DNA of 64,000 bases, from NCBI GenBank assembly GCA_964016885.1, contig OZ024745.1, positions 61,380,001 through 61,444,000 of the forward strand, written 5' to 3'. A model generated the notes under the pieces. The model was not told the origin of the DNA and ran no database searches. It saw nothing but the letters and a program-made list of their open reading frames with translations. Source of the DNA: Eledone cirrhosa (lineage: Eukaryota). Below are positions 13,581 to 26,939 of this stretch, in pieces; within the stretch, counting starts at the first letter, position 1, and every line of letters begins with the position of its first letter. The translations under genes were made by a program, and so were the position numbers.

Positions 13581-14357
13581 GTCACCAGTTGGGATACATG
13601 TTACCAGTTGGTGCTACTGGTAACATGTATCCCAGTACAACCTGTCTCATGGTCGGGTCGTTGGCGACTAAACTGGCAACTCCACCAAGGTTTCTCGGTG
13701 AGGAGGGTGACTTTGGACATCCTGCAGGACTAAAAACAAAACCTGTCAAAGGGCAATGGAGCTCTTAAGAGTCATGTTACCAGCTGGGATACATGTTACC
13801 AGTTGGTGCTACTGGTAACATGTATCCCAGTACAACCTGTCTCATGGTCGGGTCGTTGGCGACTAAACTGGCAACCCCACCAAGGTTTCTCGGTGAGGAG
13901 GGTGACTTTGGACATCCTGCAGGACTAAAAACAAAACCTGTCAAAGGGCAAAGGAGATCTTAAGAGTCAATGGCCATCCAAAATCACCGGGAGAGATGAC
14001 CCCTTAGCCTTTGTCAAGGCAGAATTCTGATATAACACCTGCAACTCTGATGGTATCCAATGATGTTGTCATGTTCTTCTTTTTGGTAAATATCATCTTG
14101 GTTAAGAGAGTGGGATTGGCTTTGTGCAGTGCCTTTGCTCACTATAAAAGCTTCACGGCACAGGCATTGCTTTATATCTGGAGATCTCTCTGCACTTGTC
14201 GTCACATGGTACCATGGGCCCAGCACTATGTGTCAATAGTTGTCACAAGTGTAGTGTTTGTACCAGAGTTTTCAACTGGCTGGACTAAAAAGTCACACTC
14301 GTTCAGCGCATCGATATAAAGTAGTGGCCGTACTCGAAAACGAGTTGGCAGCCACCA
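13581..14357 (+). mobile_element. Non-autonomous RTE-related SINE with duplicated, fold-back 5' head and (ATGT)n tail
   Basis: Highly similar to 36975-37575; middle resembles RTE 5'UTR 42612-42830; 3' stem-loop ggccgtactcgaaaacgagttggcagccacc resembles the RTE 3' end. Confidence 0.85.
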
Positions 14358-14473
14358 TGTATGTATGTATGTATGTATGTATGTATGTATGTATGTATGT
14401 ATGTATGTATGTATGTATGTATGTATGTATGTATGTATGTATGTATGTATGTATGTATGTATGTATGTATGTA

Positions 14474-14640
14474 TGTGCAAGACATTTTAGATCATTGGCT
14501 GGGCTAAAAAGCCACATTCGATCGCAGCGCTGTTAGTTGCTATCGTGTGTGTGTATAGATATGTTTATGTGTGTGCGTGTGTGTGTATATATATATGTAT
14601 ATGTATATTATTATTGTTGTTGTTGTCGTTATTATTATTG

Positions 14641-14675
<35 letters not shown>

Positions 14676-14812
14676 TTTATTAATATATGTGTATGTATAT
14701 AAATATGTATGTATATATATATATATGTATGTATGTGTGTGTATATATATGTATATATATATTTTTTTTTTCTCGAGCAATGGCCATACTCGATAACGTG
14801 GGGGCAGCTATC
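14474..14812 (+). mobile_element. RTE 3'-terminal fragment with microsatellite-rich 3'UTR
   Basis: Matches ~46390-46700 and ends in caatggccatactcgataacgtgggggcagctatc. Confidence 0.85.
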
Positions 14813-14894
14813 ATGTATGTATGGGCGGAAGAACTCATAAGAGTCAACGGCCATCCGAAATTGTGTAAGTATGTATATATACATGTACCGCCCG

Positions 14895-15201
14895 GTTAAA
14901 CCACTGGGAGTGAAGGACCTGTAGCCTTTGTCAGGACATTCTTCTAGGAGAAGGCAACTCAGGAAACTGGGATAACTCCGATATAAAACATGCGGCTCAG
15001 TAGTTACCGATGATGTTGATCTTTTCTTCTTTTCGGGTTATAGCTACTGTCGCTCAGAGAATGGGATTGGCTCAGTGCACAGTCTTTCCTCACTTTAAAA
15101 AATATCTTCATGCACAGGCATTGCACGATAGAATTAATTAATAATTATTAATAATGGTATATCGTGCAATGGCCAAACTCGATAACGAGGGGGCAGCCAT
15201 C
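14895..15201 (+). mobile_element. Bipartite non-autonomous RTE derivative (5'UTR fused to 3' terminus)
   Basis: 14895-15128 matches 42596-42829; 15162-15201 matches 57412-57451. Confidence 0.88.
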
Positions 15202-15295
<94 letters not shown>

Positions 15296-15389
15296 GTGTA
15301 TGTATGTATGTATGTATGTATGTATGTATGTATGTATGTATGTATGTATGTATGTATGTATGTATGTGTGTGTATGTCTTTTTGTATGT

Positions 15390-15960
15390 ATTGAGCAGGA
15401 TTCTGGAGAGGATGTTTTCTGCGATGGAGAGCAGGGTGATATCTCCGTAATTGGAACAATCTGATTTCCTCCCTTGTTCTTATCAAGGGTGAAGATGATC
15501 GCATTGCTGTGTTCTAGGGGGAGTGTGACATTCCCCCAGCAACTGATGGAAAATTCGAGGAGTCTGAAGTGAAGGGATAGACTGCTGTTGATCTAAACCT
15601 CTGAGGGATACAGTCAACACCTGGAGCTTTGCTGGTCTTCAGCAACTTAATGGATTTTATGGTTTCACGGTGTGTTGGAGGCTCATCAAGCTCATATTCT
15701 ACAGGTAGCTGTGAAATGAAGTCAGTTGCAGCATCACGGACTATGTGGCTGGTACTGAAAACACTTTGAAAATGTTCAGATCTGCGGACCAGGATGGAGT
15801 CCCTGTTAGCAACACTTTTCTATCTGAGCTTCGAAGTGAGTACAATGGTAAGTAGGATGGTTCGGAGGCTGCATAGAACAAGCCATAGTTCAAGTGTCCG
15901 CATGTGTTTAGATTTTCTCTGTAAGACAGGTCCACTTTTTGTTTTGCATTTCCTGGAGTC
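15390..15960 (-). pseudogene. Old RTE LINE fragment (linker/RT N-terminus)
   Basis: Minus-strand reading gives PPTHRETIKSIKLLKTSKAPGVDCIP and [17 protein letters not shown]-like motifs. Confidence 0.7.
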
Positions 15961-16508
15961 CTCATCGGAGCTTGCTACAGATGAGGCAGAAAGCTACCTT
16001 CTGAGAAAATTATGAGTGAGCCAAGTAAGCCTGGCGTCTACACCTCTTCTCTTCACAACTGAAAAGGTGTGTCAAAGCAAAACCTAACGAAATCCAGACA
16101 CTTTCCTGCGGCCACTGTGGATGGATCTTCCGATGGATCATATCAGTGACCAGCATGCCTGCATCGAAGTGGACAAAATTGATTCGACCGTCGATAGCAT
16201 CTTTCTTATCGAAGTTCTCACCAACAACAATGTATGTATTACTATCAAAGATAACCAAACGATGCAGCTGATAGCATAGAACACCACATATCTCTAATAA
16301 CACTTAGATCAGATTAGAAATACCGTATCACTTCTGAAGATGTCTGCTAATCTACGTTAAGTACATAGATATCACAAAACAACATTTATAAACGAATAGG
16401 GAACGACATCACACTAGAAGTGAAGAGTTTCAAAATATAATGTAGCAACGAGAAAACACACACACGTATACACACGCACACACGCACGCGCACACACGCA
16501 CGCACGCA

Positions 16509-16670
<162 letters not shown>

Positions 16671-17864
16671 CACACACACGATACATAATATAACGATCAT
16701 GCGCTCTATGATCGCTCAATGAGAGAGTTGAATATAAAAATCAGAACTCTTGCACACTGCCAATAACATAAGAAACCACATATCTAATATTTTACAGAGA
16801 ACAATATAATCAGAAGACAAAATAAGTGTTATACTTACATACCCACTAAGTTTTTATATGGCCTATAATGTGATTAACATCGATAAATGATGAAGCCAAG
16901 AAGCAGCAATCATCAGTAGGCATCTTGTAATTCCAGAAAAATATTAGACCCCCACGAGGGAGGGGTTTTTCCAAAATAAGTGTGAAAGGCCCTGGATTGG
17001 ACTTACAAAATGCTACAACTAAACTCCACTTACATACTTACATGAAATAACTTACACCGACATATATACACACATATACACACATATCTAACCAAGCTAG
17101 CTAGAACAATTCTTCTCTAGATATCACCTTCTGCTCCATTGACCTAATAACCACAAACGCTTAGCAAATATTCTCTAAGTAATCTCCAGATACCTACCAA
17201 TTATAATCGTAACACAGGCACACATCAATAAAGAAAACAGCAGCAATTTTATAAGCATCAAAAAAGACCCTAGTTGAGTGAGTTCTACCAAGAGATAGAA
17301 TTAAGGTATTCATAATTCAACAACATCGCAATAACCAATATGGAAGTGCATACATTAAAAAATAATTATAGACGCATAAAAAAATGCATTCCATAAAGCA
17401 GCATGAAAATACAGCCCAATTATACAAGTCAATAAAATCTAACACTGCAACACCAATCAAAGTCAAAATAAAACTCAACATCAAATAACTAAACAATGCG
17501 ATAAACAAATACACAAATCAGAAATCAACAAAAAAAAGGCAAAACATTTGTATCGAAATATGCCACAAAAATAAACAATAAAACACTGTCTACTGTAACA
17601 CCCACTCTCACTATCATCACCTCCAATACCACCACTATCACCCCAACGCCATCACCACCACCATCATCGCCCCCAAACCACCACCAACATCATCCCCCCA
17701 TACCACCCACCACCATCATCAACACCACCACCACCATCATCGCCCCCAACACCATCACTACCATTATCACCCCCAACACCACCGCCAACATCATTGCCCC
17801 CAACACCACCCCATCATCCCCCAGCACCACCATCGCTCCCAACACCACCACCACCATCATCCTC

Positions 17865-17932
<68 letters not shown>

Positions 17933-18564
17933 CCAAACCGCACAATGGTTACACCACAGTTCGTATCACCATTACACAGTAACACCAAGTAAATGCTGTT
18001 ATCAGGCATTTTTTCGAAAACCAACTATTAAAACCAAGTCACACAAATAATAGAGAATCAGAAAACAACAAATACACAGTTTTATACACTTTCATAGCAT
18101 TAACAACTCACATAGAAGACAGTAAAGATAACAAAACGACACAGGATCATATTTAATGCAACAACAATTACCACACTTAAACGTCAGAAACAATCAATAA
18201 AAATAGAACTATCATGGACTATGTCAGTCCTACCAGATCCCTCAATATTACCTTAACAAACCCCAATTTATTTGTTTTAGTTCTTTTTGCTCGCCATATA
18301 TAGCATTAGGCGACGAGAGATCTCCACTCTGCATGGTTGCAAACCCTGTCACATGTCTGTTTCCTGACCAGGTATTTGATCGTTGTTTCTTTAGCAATTC
18401 TGATTAATGGAAGTAAGGTTGCTAGCCTCGTGCTCCATTCCTTCTCCCTTCTCAACATTCCACTTCACATCATTGCATGTTGAACACAGATAACATTCGT
18501 AGCCGACTTTCCCTTCCCCTAAAACTGTTGGCCTTGTGCCTAAATCAGAAACCATTATTACCAA

Positions 18565-18765
18565 CCCAAGGGCGGTGAATTGGCAGTATCGGTAGAGGGT
18601 CGGACGCCATACTTTGACGTATAGAGTTACGGCCCTTGCCATTCTGAGTTCAAATCCCGCCCAGGTTAACTTTGCCTTTCATCCTTACGGGGTCGATAAA
18701 ATAAAGTACCAGTAATGCACTGGGTAATTGCTGGCCTTGTGCTTAACGTAGAAACAATTATTACC
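18565..18765 (+). mobile_element. Full-length tRNA-derived SINE with Meta/MESC-like central domain
   Basis: A-box-like tggcagtatcggtag, B-box gagttcaaatccc, core aactttgcctttcatccttacggggtcgataaaataaagtaccag; domain name from memory, unverified. Confidence 0.85.
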
Positions 18766-18768
18766 AAC

Positions 18769-18819
<51 letters not shown>

Positions 18820-18953
18820 CGTACATATATACAAACAAACATACATACATATATGCATGCATACATGAATACATACATGAATACATACATGAATACATAC
18901 ACATATACATACATACATACATACATACATACATACATACATACATACATACA

Positions 18954-18985
<32 letters not shown>

Positions 18986-19075
18986 AAAACCTCACAGGTT
19001 TGAGACACTGCTCGGATGAACACCACCAAGGAGCTGCAATATCACGCTCTGTTAGAGATTCATCATCTTCACGTA

Positions 19076-20151
19076 CAAGGTTTGTTTCAAAAGTGTGGGT
19101 TCTAATTTTCTTATGTACGGCATGGTAATGCAGCACCTCGTTGCTGTATATAGGTGCGCTGGTTCTGACGTTGGCTGCACGCACATACTTGGTTCAACAT
19201 GATCGTTTGAGTTAGTTGTGGGTTATTGCTGTTTATATACAGACGTATTTATAACCTCTGTTACGTTTGCGATGCAGGTAAATATTGAACAAAACGATAC
19301 GCAATCAAATTGTGTGAAACACAATAAATCAGCCACCAAAACATTTAATTATTTAACATAAGCTTATGGAGATGCCACTCCATCGACAAGTAAGGTTTTT
19401 AAGTGGCAAAAAGCTTTCAAAGTGGGCCGCGAAAATATTGAAGACGAACCTTGTTCTGGAAGGCCAGCCTCGTCAACAAATTATAAAATGTAGAAGTGGC
19501 GTGAGCAGTGATAGCGAAAGATCACCGATTAAGTATTATGATGATTGCAAAAGAAACTGGCTTTGATAAAAATGCAGTTCACATCACATACTTTTAACTG
19601 TCCATTTGCACATGTGCAAGTAGAACACTTTCAATTAGAAAATTTCTGGCGAAGAAAAACATTCCCACTCTTCCACATCCTTCCTACAGCCCAGATCTTT
19701 ACCTCTACCTCTTCCTAAAGTTGAAATCGAAGTTGAAGAGTCATCATTGTGGGAATGTGGAAAACACAAAATATTGTCACCGACGAGCTAAGGACGACAG
19801 AAAATGACTTCCGGCACTGCTACAATCAATAGAAAAACGTTGGAACCACTGTGTGACTTCCCAAAGGTCGTATTTTGAAGAAGATAACTTATAATTTAAT
19901 TGTTTCTACTTTTGGCACAAGGCCAGCAATTACCCAGTACATTACTGATACTTTATTTTATCGACCCCGTAAGGATGAAAGGCAAAGTTGACCTCGGCGG
20001 GATTTGAACTCAGAATGGAAAGGGCCGTAACTCTATGCGCCAAAGCATGGCGTCCGACCCTCTACCGATACTGCCAATCCACATAATTTAATGTACGTCT
20101 AATATACATCTAAATAAAACATAAGTACTCTTACTTTTGAGACAAACCTCG
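19076..20151 (+). mobile_element. Mariner-family DNA transposon relic, internally deleted
   Basis: TIRs caaggtttgtttcaaaagt / acttttgagacaaacctcg with TA on both sides; remnants GRENIEDEPCSGRP, PHPSYSPDL, RWNHCV..YFE. Confidence 0.88.
19900..20082 (-). mobile_element. SINE (18565 family) nested in the mariner
   Basis: Reverse complement of 18565-18765. Confidence 0.88.
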
Positions 20152-20380
20152 TATGTAGTAGGGCACTCAGTTACGAAACGTTATAGTGAAATTGGGAAGA
20201 TTGCACCTTGTCAGTCGACTGACTAGCTACATACCAAGTAACTGATTGATCAGAACTAGCAGGGAGTAACAACAAATACAACACCAAAACCAACAGTCTT
20301 AATATCATCATCAACAACATCAACAACAATATCATCACCATCATCAACAACAACAATATCATCTTCACCATCACCATCAC

Positions 20381-20421
<41 letters not shown>

Positions 20422-20479
20422 GCAGCAGCAACAACAACAGCAACAACAACAATACGTCAAGATTAAATTTGTTTTTATA

Positions 20480-20632
20480 ACTGGGTGCTATGGTTATGAA
20501 GTTCCATCGCTACTAGGTGGCTCCGTGTGTGATCTCAGAGTAGAGAACCTTGGCAAGAGTCTTATACTGTAGCCTCGGCTTTCTGAGGGAAATTTGGCTG
20601 ACAGAAACTGTGCGGAAGCCCGTCGGATATGT
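20480..20632 (+). mobile_element. Degenerate second SINE family (CORE-like); relatives at ~22860-23040(-) and ~61225-61380(+)
   Basis: accttggcaagagtcttatactgtagcctcgg...gacagaaactg..gaagcccgtcg. Confidence 0.55.
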
Positions 20633-20636
20633 GTGT

Positions 20637-20686
<50 letters not shown>

Positions 20687-20796
20687 TTAATATGCAAATG
20701 AGATTAATCACCTCATTTACACAGACGAGAAATGTATATATTCTCGCCTGTCTTCTAGTCCAGCAGTCGCAAGCGGGGGGTGAGGTGGGGGGTGGG

Positions 20797-20840
20797 ACCG
20801 TCCTGACGAAGGCCAGTTAAGCCTGAAATGCATAGACGGT
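20797..20840 (+). ncRNA. Type I hammerhead ribozyme, complete core
   Basis: ACCGTC-CTGACGA-AGGC cagttaa GCCT-GAAA-TGCA-TA-GACGGT: 6 bp stem I, 4 bp stem II, palindromic ATGCAT stem III. Confidence 0.9.
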
Positions 20841-20955
20841 TGTCCCCCTTGCTTCTGCTGGACATCACCAGAGGGCGCTAGCCCCCCCCCCCCCCCCAGG
20901 TGTTTGCATAGCTACGTCTTCCTAAAACCGTATTTCCTTGGCGATACGAAATATT

Positions 20956-21004
<49 letters not shown>

Positions 21005-21407
21005 TCACACACTCACATACACACGCACGCACACACACACACACACACATACATATATATGTGTGCACGTGTATACATATGCATCTTTGAATGTCTGTAT
21101 AGCCTAATGCAAGATTAATTCTTTCGTTATTATTCGTACTTCCTCTCATTCCATTTTCTTTCCTTCTTGTTCTCTTCTCATCCACCCGCCTTCAGCTTCC
21201 CCTTCTTCGCCCCCCCCCCCCCCTCCTCCTCTTCTCCCTCGCCCTTCACCCCCTTCACCCTCCGCCCACTCCTCATTATAATAAATACTGTCATGATCCT
21301 CATTAATAATTATTCTTGTCACTGATTTTACTGTTGTTATCGTTGGGGGGTTGCCGTGCCTAACTGTCGTGCTGTTGTTTTAATGACTACGACCACGACG
21401 ACCATAA

Positions 21408-21886
21408 CGATGATGATGATGATGATGATGGTGATGATGGTAATGATGATGGTGATGATGGTAATGGTGGTGATGATAATGATGGTGATGGTGATGGCGA
21501 TGATGATGATGATGGCGATGATGATGATGATGATGGTGATGGTGATGATGATAATGGTGATGATGATGATGGTGATGATGATGATGATGATGATGGTGAG
21601 GATGATAATGGTGGTGATGATGATGATGGCGATGATGATAATGGTGGTGATGATGATGATGGTGATGGTAATGATGATGATGATAATGATGGTGATGATG
21701 ATAATGGTGGTGATGGTGGTGATGGTAATGATAATGGTGATGCTGATGATGATAATGATGGTGATGGTGATGATGATGGCGATGATGATGATGATGATGG
21801 TGGTGATGGTGATGATAATGGTGGTGATGGTGATGATGATGATGGTGGTGATGATGATGGTGATGGTGATGATGATGATGATCATA

Positions 21887-21918
<32 letters not shown>

Positions 21919-22048
21919 GATGGTGATGATGATAATGGTGGTGATGATGATGAGGATGATGATGATGATGATGATGGTGATGAGGATGATGATGGTGATG
22001 ATGATAATGGTGGTGATGATGATGAGGATGATGATGATGATGATGATG
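21408..22048. repeat. Long imperfect (GAT/GGT)n repeat
   Basis: Directly visible; source of the spurious poly-Met/His ORFs. Confidence 0.95.
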
Positions 22049-22142
22049 ACGCGAAAAAGTCGACTGCCGCACGGCTATATGACTCCGTTTTAATGCGCAC
22101 GTTTGCTAGGGCCATCAATCTTCTGTTGGATGCAGTGTACAT

Positions 22143-22255
<113 letters not shown>

Positions 22256-23120
22256 ACTTTCACATATACGTGCATAGCTGCATACATACATGCTTACATA
22301 CAAACACATGCACGCATAAAAACACGTACACACATAGAAAAACATGCACACACTCACATTTACAAACACATACATATGTACAACACACATACTTCTCAAA
22401 ACATACACTTTACATAAACGCATGCACACATTCATACACACATACACAAATATACACATGCAAATATACATATATAAACACATACACACACACACACACA
22501 TGTAAGCACGTATAGCCATATAATTACATAGGCACATATAAACACATATACACATATATAAACATATACAGACATAGAAGCACATGCAAGTATACAATCA
22601 GATACACACATACAATCAGATACACACATGAAAACACATAATACACCCATACAAAAACACACGCACATCCAAACATATACATACACATACACATATATAC
22701 ATACAAACTTACACACATAAACACATGCATATGCACACACACACATGCATGTTTATGTGATGGACCTACATCAGTCTCGACGATGAGTGTTGCATTTGTT
22801 TGAACAACGGAAGAGCCTTGAACTGAAATTAACCTACAAGTGACTGAGCATTCTGTAAATACATGCAACCTTAACGACTGACTCTTTTCATTAAAGGTAC
22901 AAATCCTTTTTACCTGCGGAGTGAACTAGAGCTAGTGAAATATATAGCTCCCTCAAGGACCCAAAGTGCCGCCTGGAATCGAAAGCACTACCTCACGATT
23001 GTGAAAAGAACATACCAACCTCTAAGCTATGCGCCTTCACACATACACACAAACATATACATACATACATCAATACATAAATATATGCATACATAGTAAC
23101 ATATGTACAAACATACATAC

Positions 23121-23164
<44 letters not shown>

Positions 23165-23166
<2 letters not shown>

Positions 23167-23363
23167 CGAAGGAGTTGTGGTAAGGAACCAGATGGACCAT
23201 AACGCACTAGAGTACTCAATACTTAGGGTAGTAGAGTGGGTAATAGGAGAAAGTATGACCCCGACGGCAGAGCTCAACCCGTTTCAACGGCTATTTCTAG
23301 ACTATTTAGTCCAGAAATAGCCGTGGAAACGACTTGAGCTCTGCCGTCGGGGTCATACTTTCT

Positions 23364-23368
<5 letters not shown>
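23165..23368 (-). mobile_element. (TA)n-flanked fold-back insert carrying the 3' half of an HHR (same family as 63107-63314)
   Basis: IR arms 23243-23304 / 23307-23368; GAAA-stem III-GTC-GGGGTC. Confidence 0.82.
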
Positions 23369-23431
<63 letters not shown>

Positions 23432-23490
23432 GAAGTTATATTTAATTTGTTGGGTATGTTAATATTTATTTATAAAACAAATCTGTATTG

Positions 23491-23556
23491 TATTTTATCT
23501 GATGAAAGCGCACCATAATTTGCCTTGGTGGCCCTTGAAATATGTATAATAAAATA
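23491..23556 (+). ncRNA. Type I hammerhead ribozyme in ~160 bp TA-flanked insert
   Basis: TATTTTAT-CTGATGA-AAG..CACCA..TGGTG..CTT-GAAA-TATGTA-TA-ATAAAATA; 8 bp stem I. Confidence 0.85.
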
Positions 23557-24175
23557 AATATGGTTTTATAAATATAGTTTCCATTTGCTAATATATATAT
23601 ATATATATACGTACATACATATATACATTCTTAATACAAAGAAACATACATTCACACAAACAAGCATACATCACATACATACACAAACAAACAGAAACAC
23701 ACATATAAACAAGCATACACCACATATATATGAACAACTACACACATATATAGGCACACACACATTTAAATACATAGAAGCACATACAAGAGCATACGAA
23801 CAGATACAAAGCACACTAAAGGAAAAAAAAAAAATAAGTTGAAGGAAAAGCTTCTGTCTCAGCTTCCGCACCTCAAGTCGTTCAGATATCCCCATTTTTT
23901 CATATTTCACGGTTATATGTCATGAAAACCATATGATTTACATCGCAACTCGGGATCAGTTACACACACACACACACACACGCACACACACACACACACA
24001 CATACACACACACATAGACACGCACATACACCCCCTCCCCCACATACATACAGACACACACATATACAGACACACACACACTCACACAGACACACACAGC
24101 CACACACACATACACTCGTACACATATGTGTGTTTGTGTGTGTATATATATAGATTATATATATATATATGTATA

Positions 24176-24225
<50 letters not shown>

Positions 24226-24619
24226 TATACTGATACATACGCACAAACATACACACACAAATATACATACACACATACTACACAGACACACTGAAACATA
24301 CACACACCACACACATACAAACATACACACTCACGACCCACACATACACACACTCTCACTCACTAACACACTTACACGTTCATGTTCATTTATATTATAC
24401 GTCTTTAGGCACACGCAAATACTTATACGAACAAATACATAAACATGCGTAGAAGGAAATACACACACATACACCCATTCACTCATGCACTTACACGTTC
24501 ATGTGCCTATACACGCACGAACCCATGTATACACACATACATGTATAGTAAGAAATATACGTACATACAAACACATACGTATATATCTCAGTAGAATTTT
24601 AGAATTTTCGATACATCTT

Positions 24620-25358
24620 TATACAGTTGTCCGGGACATTGTACAGGACAATGTAAAGATAAGAACATAGTCTACATAGGTGAGACAGCTCGTACTATAG
24701 GAAAACGATTAAATATAGAAAATAATCATCAGTACTCCACCCACATGCTAAAATATAACATAAGGGCAAATTAGAGAACATAGAAATAGAAATAAAATCT
24801 ACACACAGAAAAGACGCAATGTTTAGACAAATCACAGAGGCAATAAACATAAATGAACTCCAACCAAAATTAAATAGAAAACATGAATAGAATAGCAATT
24901 TCACAACTTACAATTAAGGACAAAATGAAAACACACACACATAGAACAAGCAACCAACCAGTAACATGTAAATAAACACATAAAAACACACAGACACCCG
25001 GATGTAACACATGCGCAAACTAAGCACACAACACACACAAAAACAAGATGGCGTAGGACAGAACAAAGGAGAGACACAAAACAAAGAAAATAATCCCCAG
25101 TCACTGAAGAGGTCACATAATGTGTGACGAAAGAACTTTGACAATATATGAACAACCGTCCGGTTGTGGAATCAACCAACCAACCGGAAATTTATAAATT
25201 TTTTTTTTTAAAATTTATAATTTAATTTATAATAAATTGGAGTGAAAGCAACTGGTGCGTGTGTTTCTTATTGGCAACATGACCCTCCCAAAGTATAACA
25301 ATATCGGTTTAAACATACGTTTTCAGATAAAGAATCTTGCTAAACAAATTCATAAACG

Positions 25359-25360
<2 letters not shown>
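24620..25360 (+). mobile_element. Penelope-like element 3' fragment: decayed GIY-YIG endonuclease plus 3'UTR with HHR
   Basis: CKDKNIVYIGETARTIGKR...RQITEAININELQPKLNRKHE; homologous to ORF 35408-35707; ends at (TA)n. Confidence 0.85.
25100..25142 (+). ncRNA. Minimal type I hammerhead ribozyme of the PLE
   Basis: GTCA-CTGAAGA-G-GTCACA taatg TGTGAC-GAAA-GAAC-TT-TGAC. Confidence 0.85.
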
Positions 25361-25402
<42 letters not shown>

Positions 25403-25557
25403 ATAGTAATAATAAAAAGTTTGAAGACTAAAATCCAAAGAAGGCTCGAATAAATATACATATATACACATATATATATGTATATATATATACATATATA
25501 TACATATATTTATAAATATATATATACATATATATACATATATATACATATATTTAT

Positions 25558-26160
25558 AAACAAACCGAACATTATAATAAATGTTCGGTAAACCCATACG
25601 TACATATATAAATGTGTGCATGTATGTATGTATATACATGCTACTGTACGTCTGAATACATATATGTATCTACGTATACATACTTATATTTAAGTATCAG
25701 CCGTACGAAGAGTGAGAAATGAAATTTCATTTTTTCCATTTATCGTTTTCGCTACGCCCGGCCGACTAACTCACTCGATATGCAAATTAGGCTGCTCAGC
25801 CGTTAATATGCATAAGGAAAGTATATACTTTCAAACGTTAAATCGATTGACAGGAAGGTATACGGTGCTGATGACAGCTAAGAACCTAGAAACTAGTTCA
25901 TCGTTCCTTTGTCAGTGTTGAACAAAAGAGCAACGATGGTTGCCGAACACTGTACGGCTTAATTCGGGCTGTTTGTTTACAAACAAACCGAACATTATGA
26001 TACATGTTCGGTAAACCCATACGTACATATATATATGTGTGCATGTATGTATGTATATACATACTACTGTACGTCTGTATACATATATGTATGTACGTAT
26101 ACATACTTGTATTTAAGTATCAGCCGTACTAAGAGTGAGAAATGAAATTTCATTTTTTCC

Positions 26161-26164
<4 letters not shown>
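25558..26164 (+). mobile_element. Tandem ~1.4-mer of a 423 bp retrozyme-like monomer
   Basis: 25558-25743 repeats at 25981-26164; HHR at 25862-25904; TA-rich repeats on both flanks. Confidence 0.78.
25862..25904 (+). ncRNA. Type I hammerhead ribozyme, weak stem II
   Basis: ACGGTG-CTGATGA-CAG..CTA-GAAA-CTAG-TT-CATCGT; stem I extends via AAGG/CCTT and TGACA/TGTCA; C-A mismatch at base of stem II. Confidence 0.7.
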
Positions 26165-26194
<30 letters not shown>

Positions 26195-26359
26195 TGTTTA
26201 TTTATTTTATATAGACATGTGTGCAGTCCTATCATTTCTAAACGAAATAAAGATGCTTATACACTACCAACGTATTGAGTACTTTCTTAAACTGTGGTCA
26301 CCTCCCGATCACATAATATTACACACGCACGCACCCAAATATCTATCTATATATCTATC

Positions 26360-26700
26360 TCGGATAGAGAGAGAGGCACTGCACCCCAGTAAATTTACTG
26401 AAAGGTGGGTGAATGAAGCGAAAATGGCCCGAGTGATTGGGCCTTCTCTGTTTATAAGCCTGTAGGTTGAGGAAGAGAGCAAAAGGAAGAAAGGAGCACT
26501 TGCACAACACGCTCCTCGAGTTGAGGGTTGTTCTATCGACGGGGTATTAAACAACCCATTTGTGGCGCCTCCCCCCTATTGGGGATTTCGATTGTTGAAA
26601 TTGTTTGTTTTTATATTTTTTACACGACTGTATGTAAAATCCCCGGCATGTCTTTGTATTGTCCCCTTTCTTGTTGCGCCCTTGTGGCTAATAAAGAAAT
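26360..26700 (+). mobile_element. Tx1-clade LINE 3' fragment in (TATC)n
   Basis: RIEREALHPSKFTERWVNEAKMARVIGPSL matches the ORF2 C-terminus at 57000-57089; ends ataaagaaatc. Confidence 0.88.
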
Positions 26701-26939
26701 CTATCTATCTATCTCGGAGAAGATAGACGTGTTTTTGTTTCGCTCCTGCATTTTGTCGGAATTTATTACGAGAAGCGGTAGGTTTGTTTAAATAACTTGT
26801 TATTTGTTGTGTTTAAACCCTCGCCCGGGCCTGCAGACGTTGGCTAAAATAAATTTCGCCCCTTTTGGGGCGAAATTTGATAGTTATAAGTTAACGATAA
26901 AAAGTCGTTTAGTGACAATGGACGTCATTAACACGACGC

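Noticed and set aside
16334-16400. CTGAAGA as a possible HHR core
   Set aside because: No properly placed GAAA/UH or closing stems
21337-22093. Poly-Met/His/Ile ORFs
   Set aside because: (GAT)n repeat open in several frames, with no splice or coding context
23243-23368. Palindromic inserts as MITEs/DNA transposons with TA TSD
   Set aside because: IRs are asymmetric (one arm continues into a unique tail), centred internally and linked to HHR/PLE sequence
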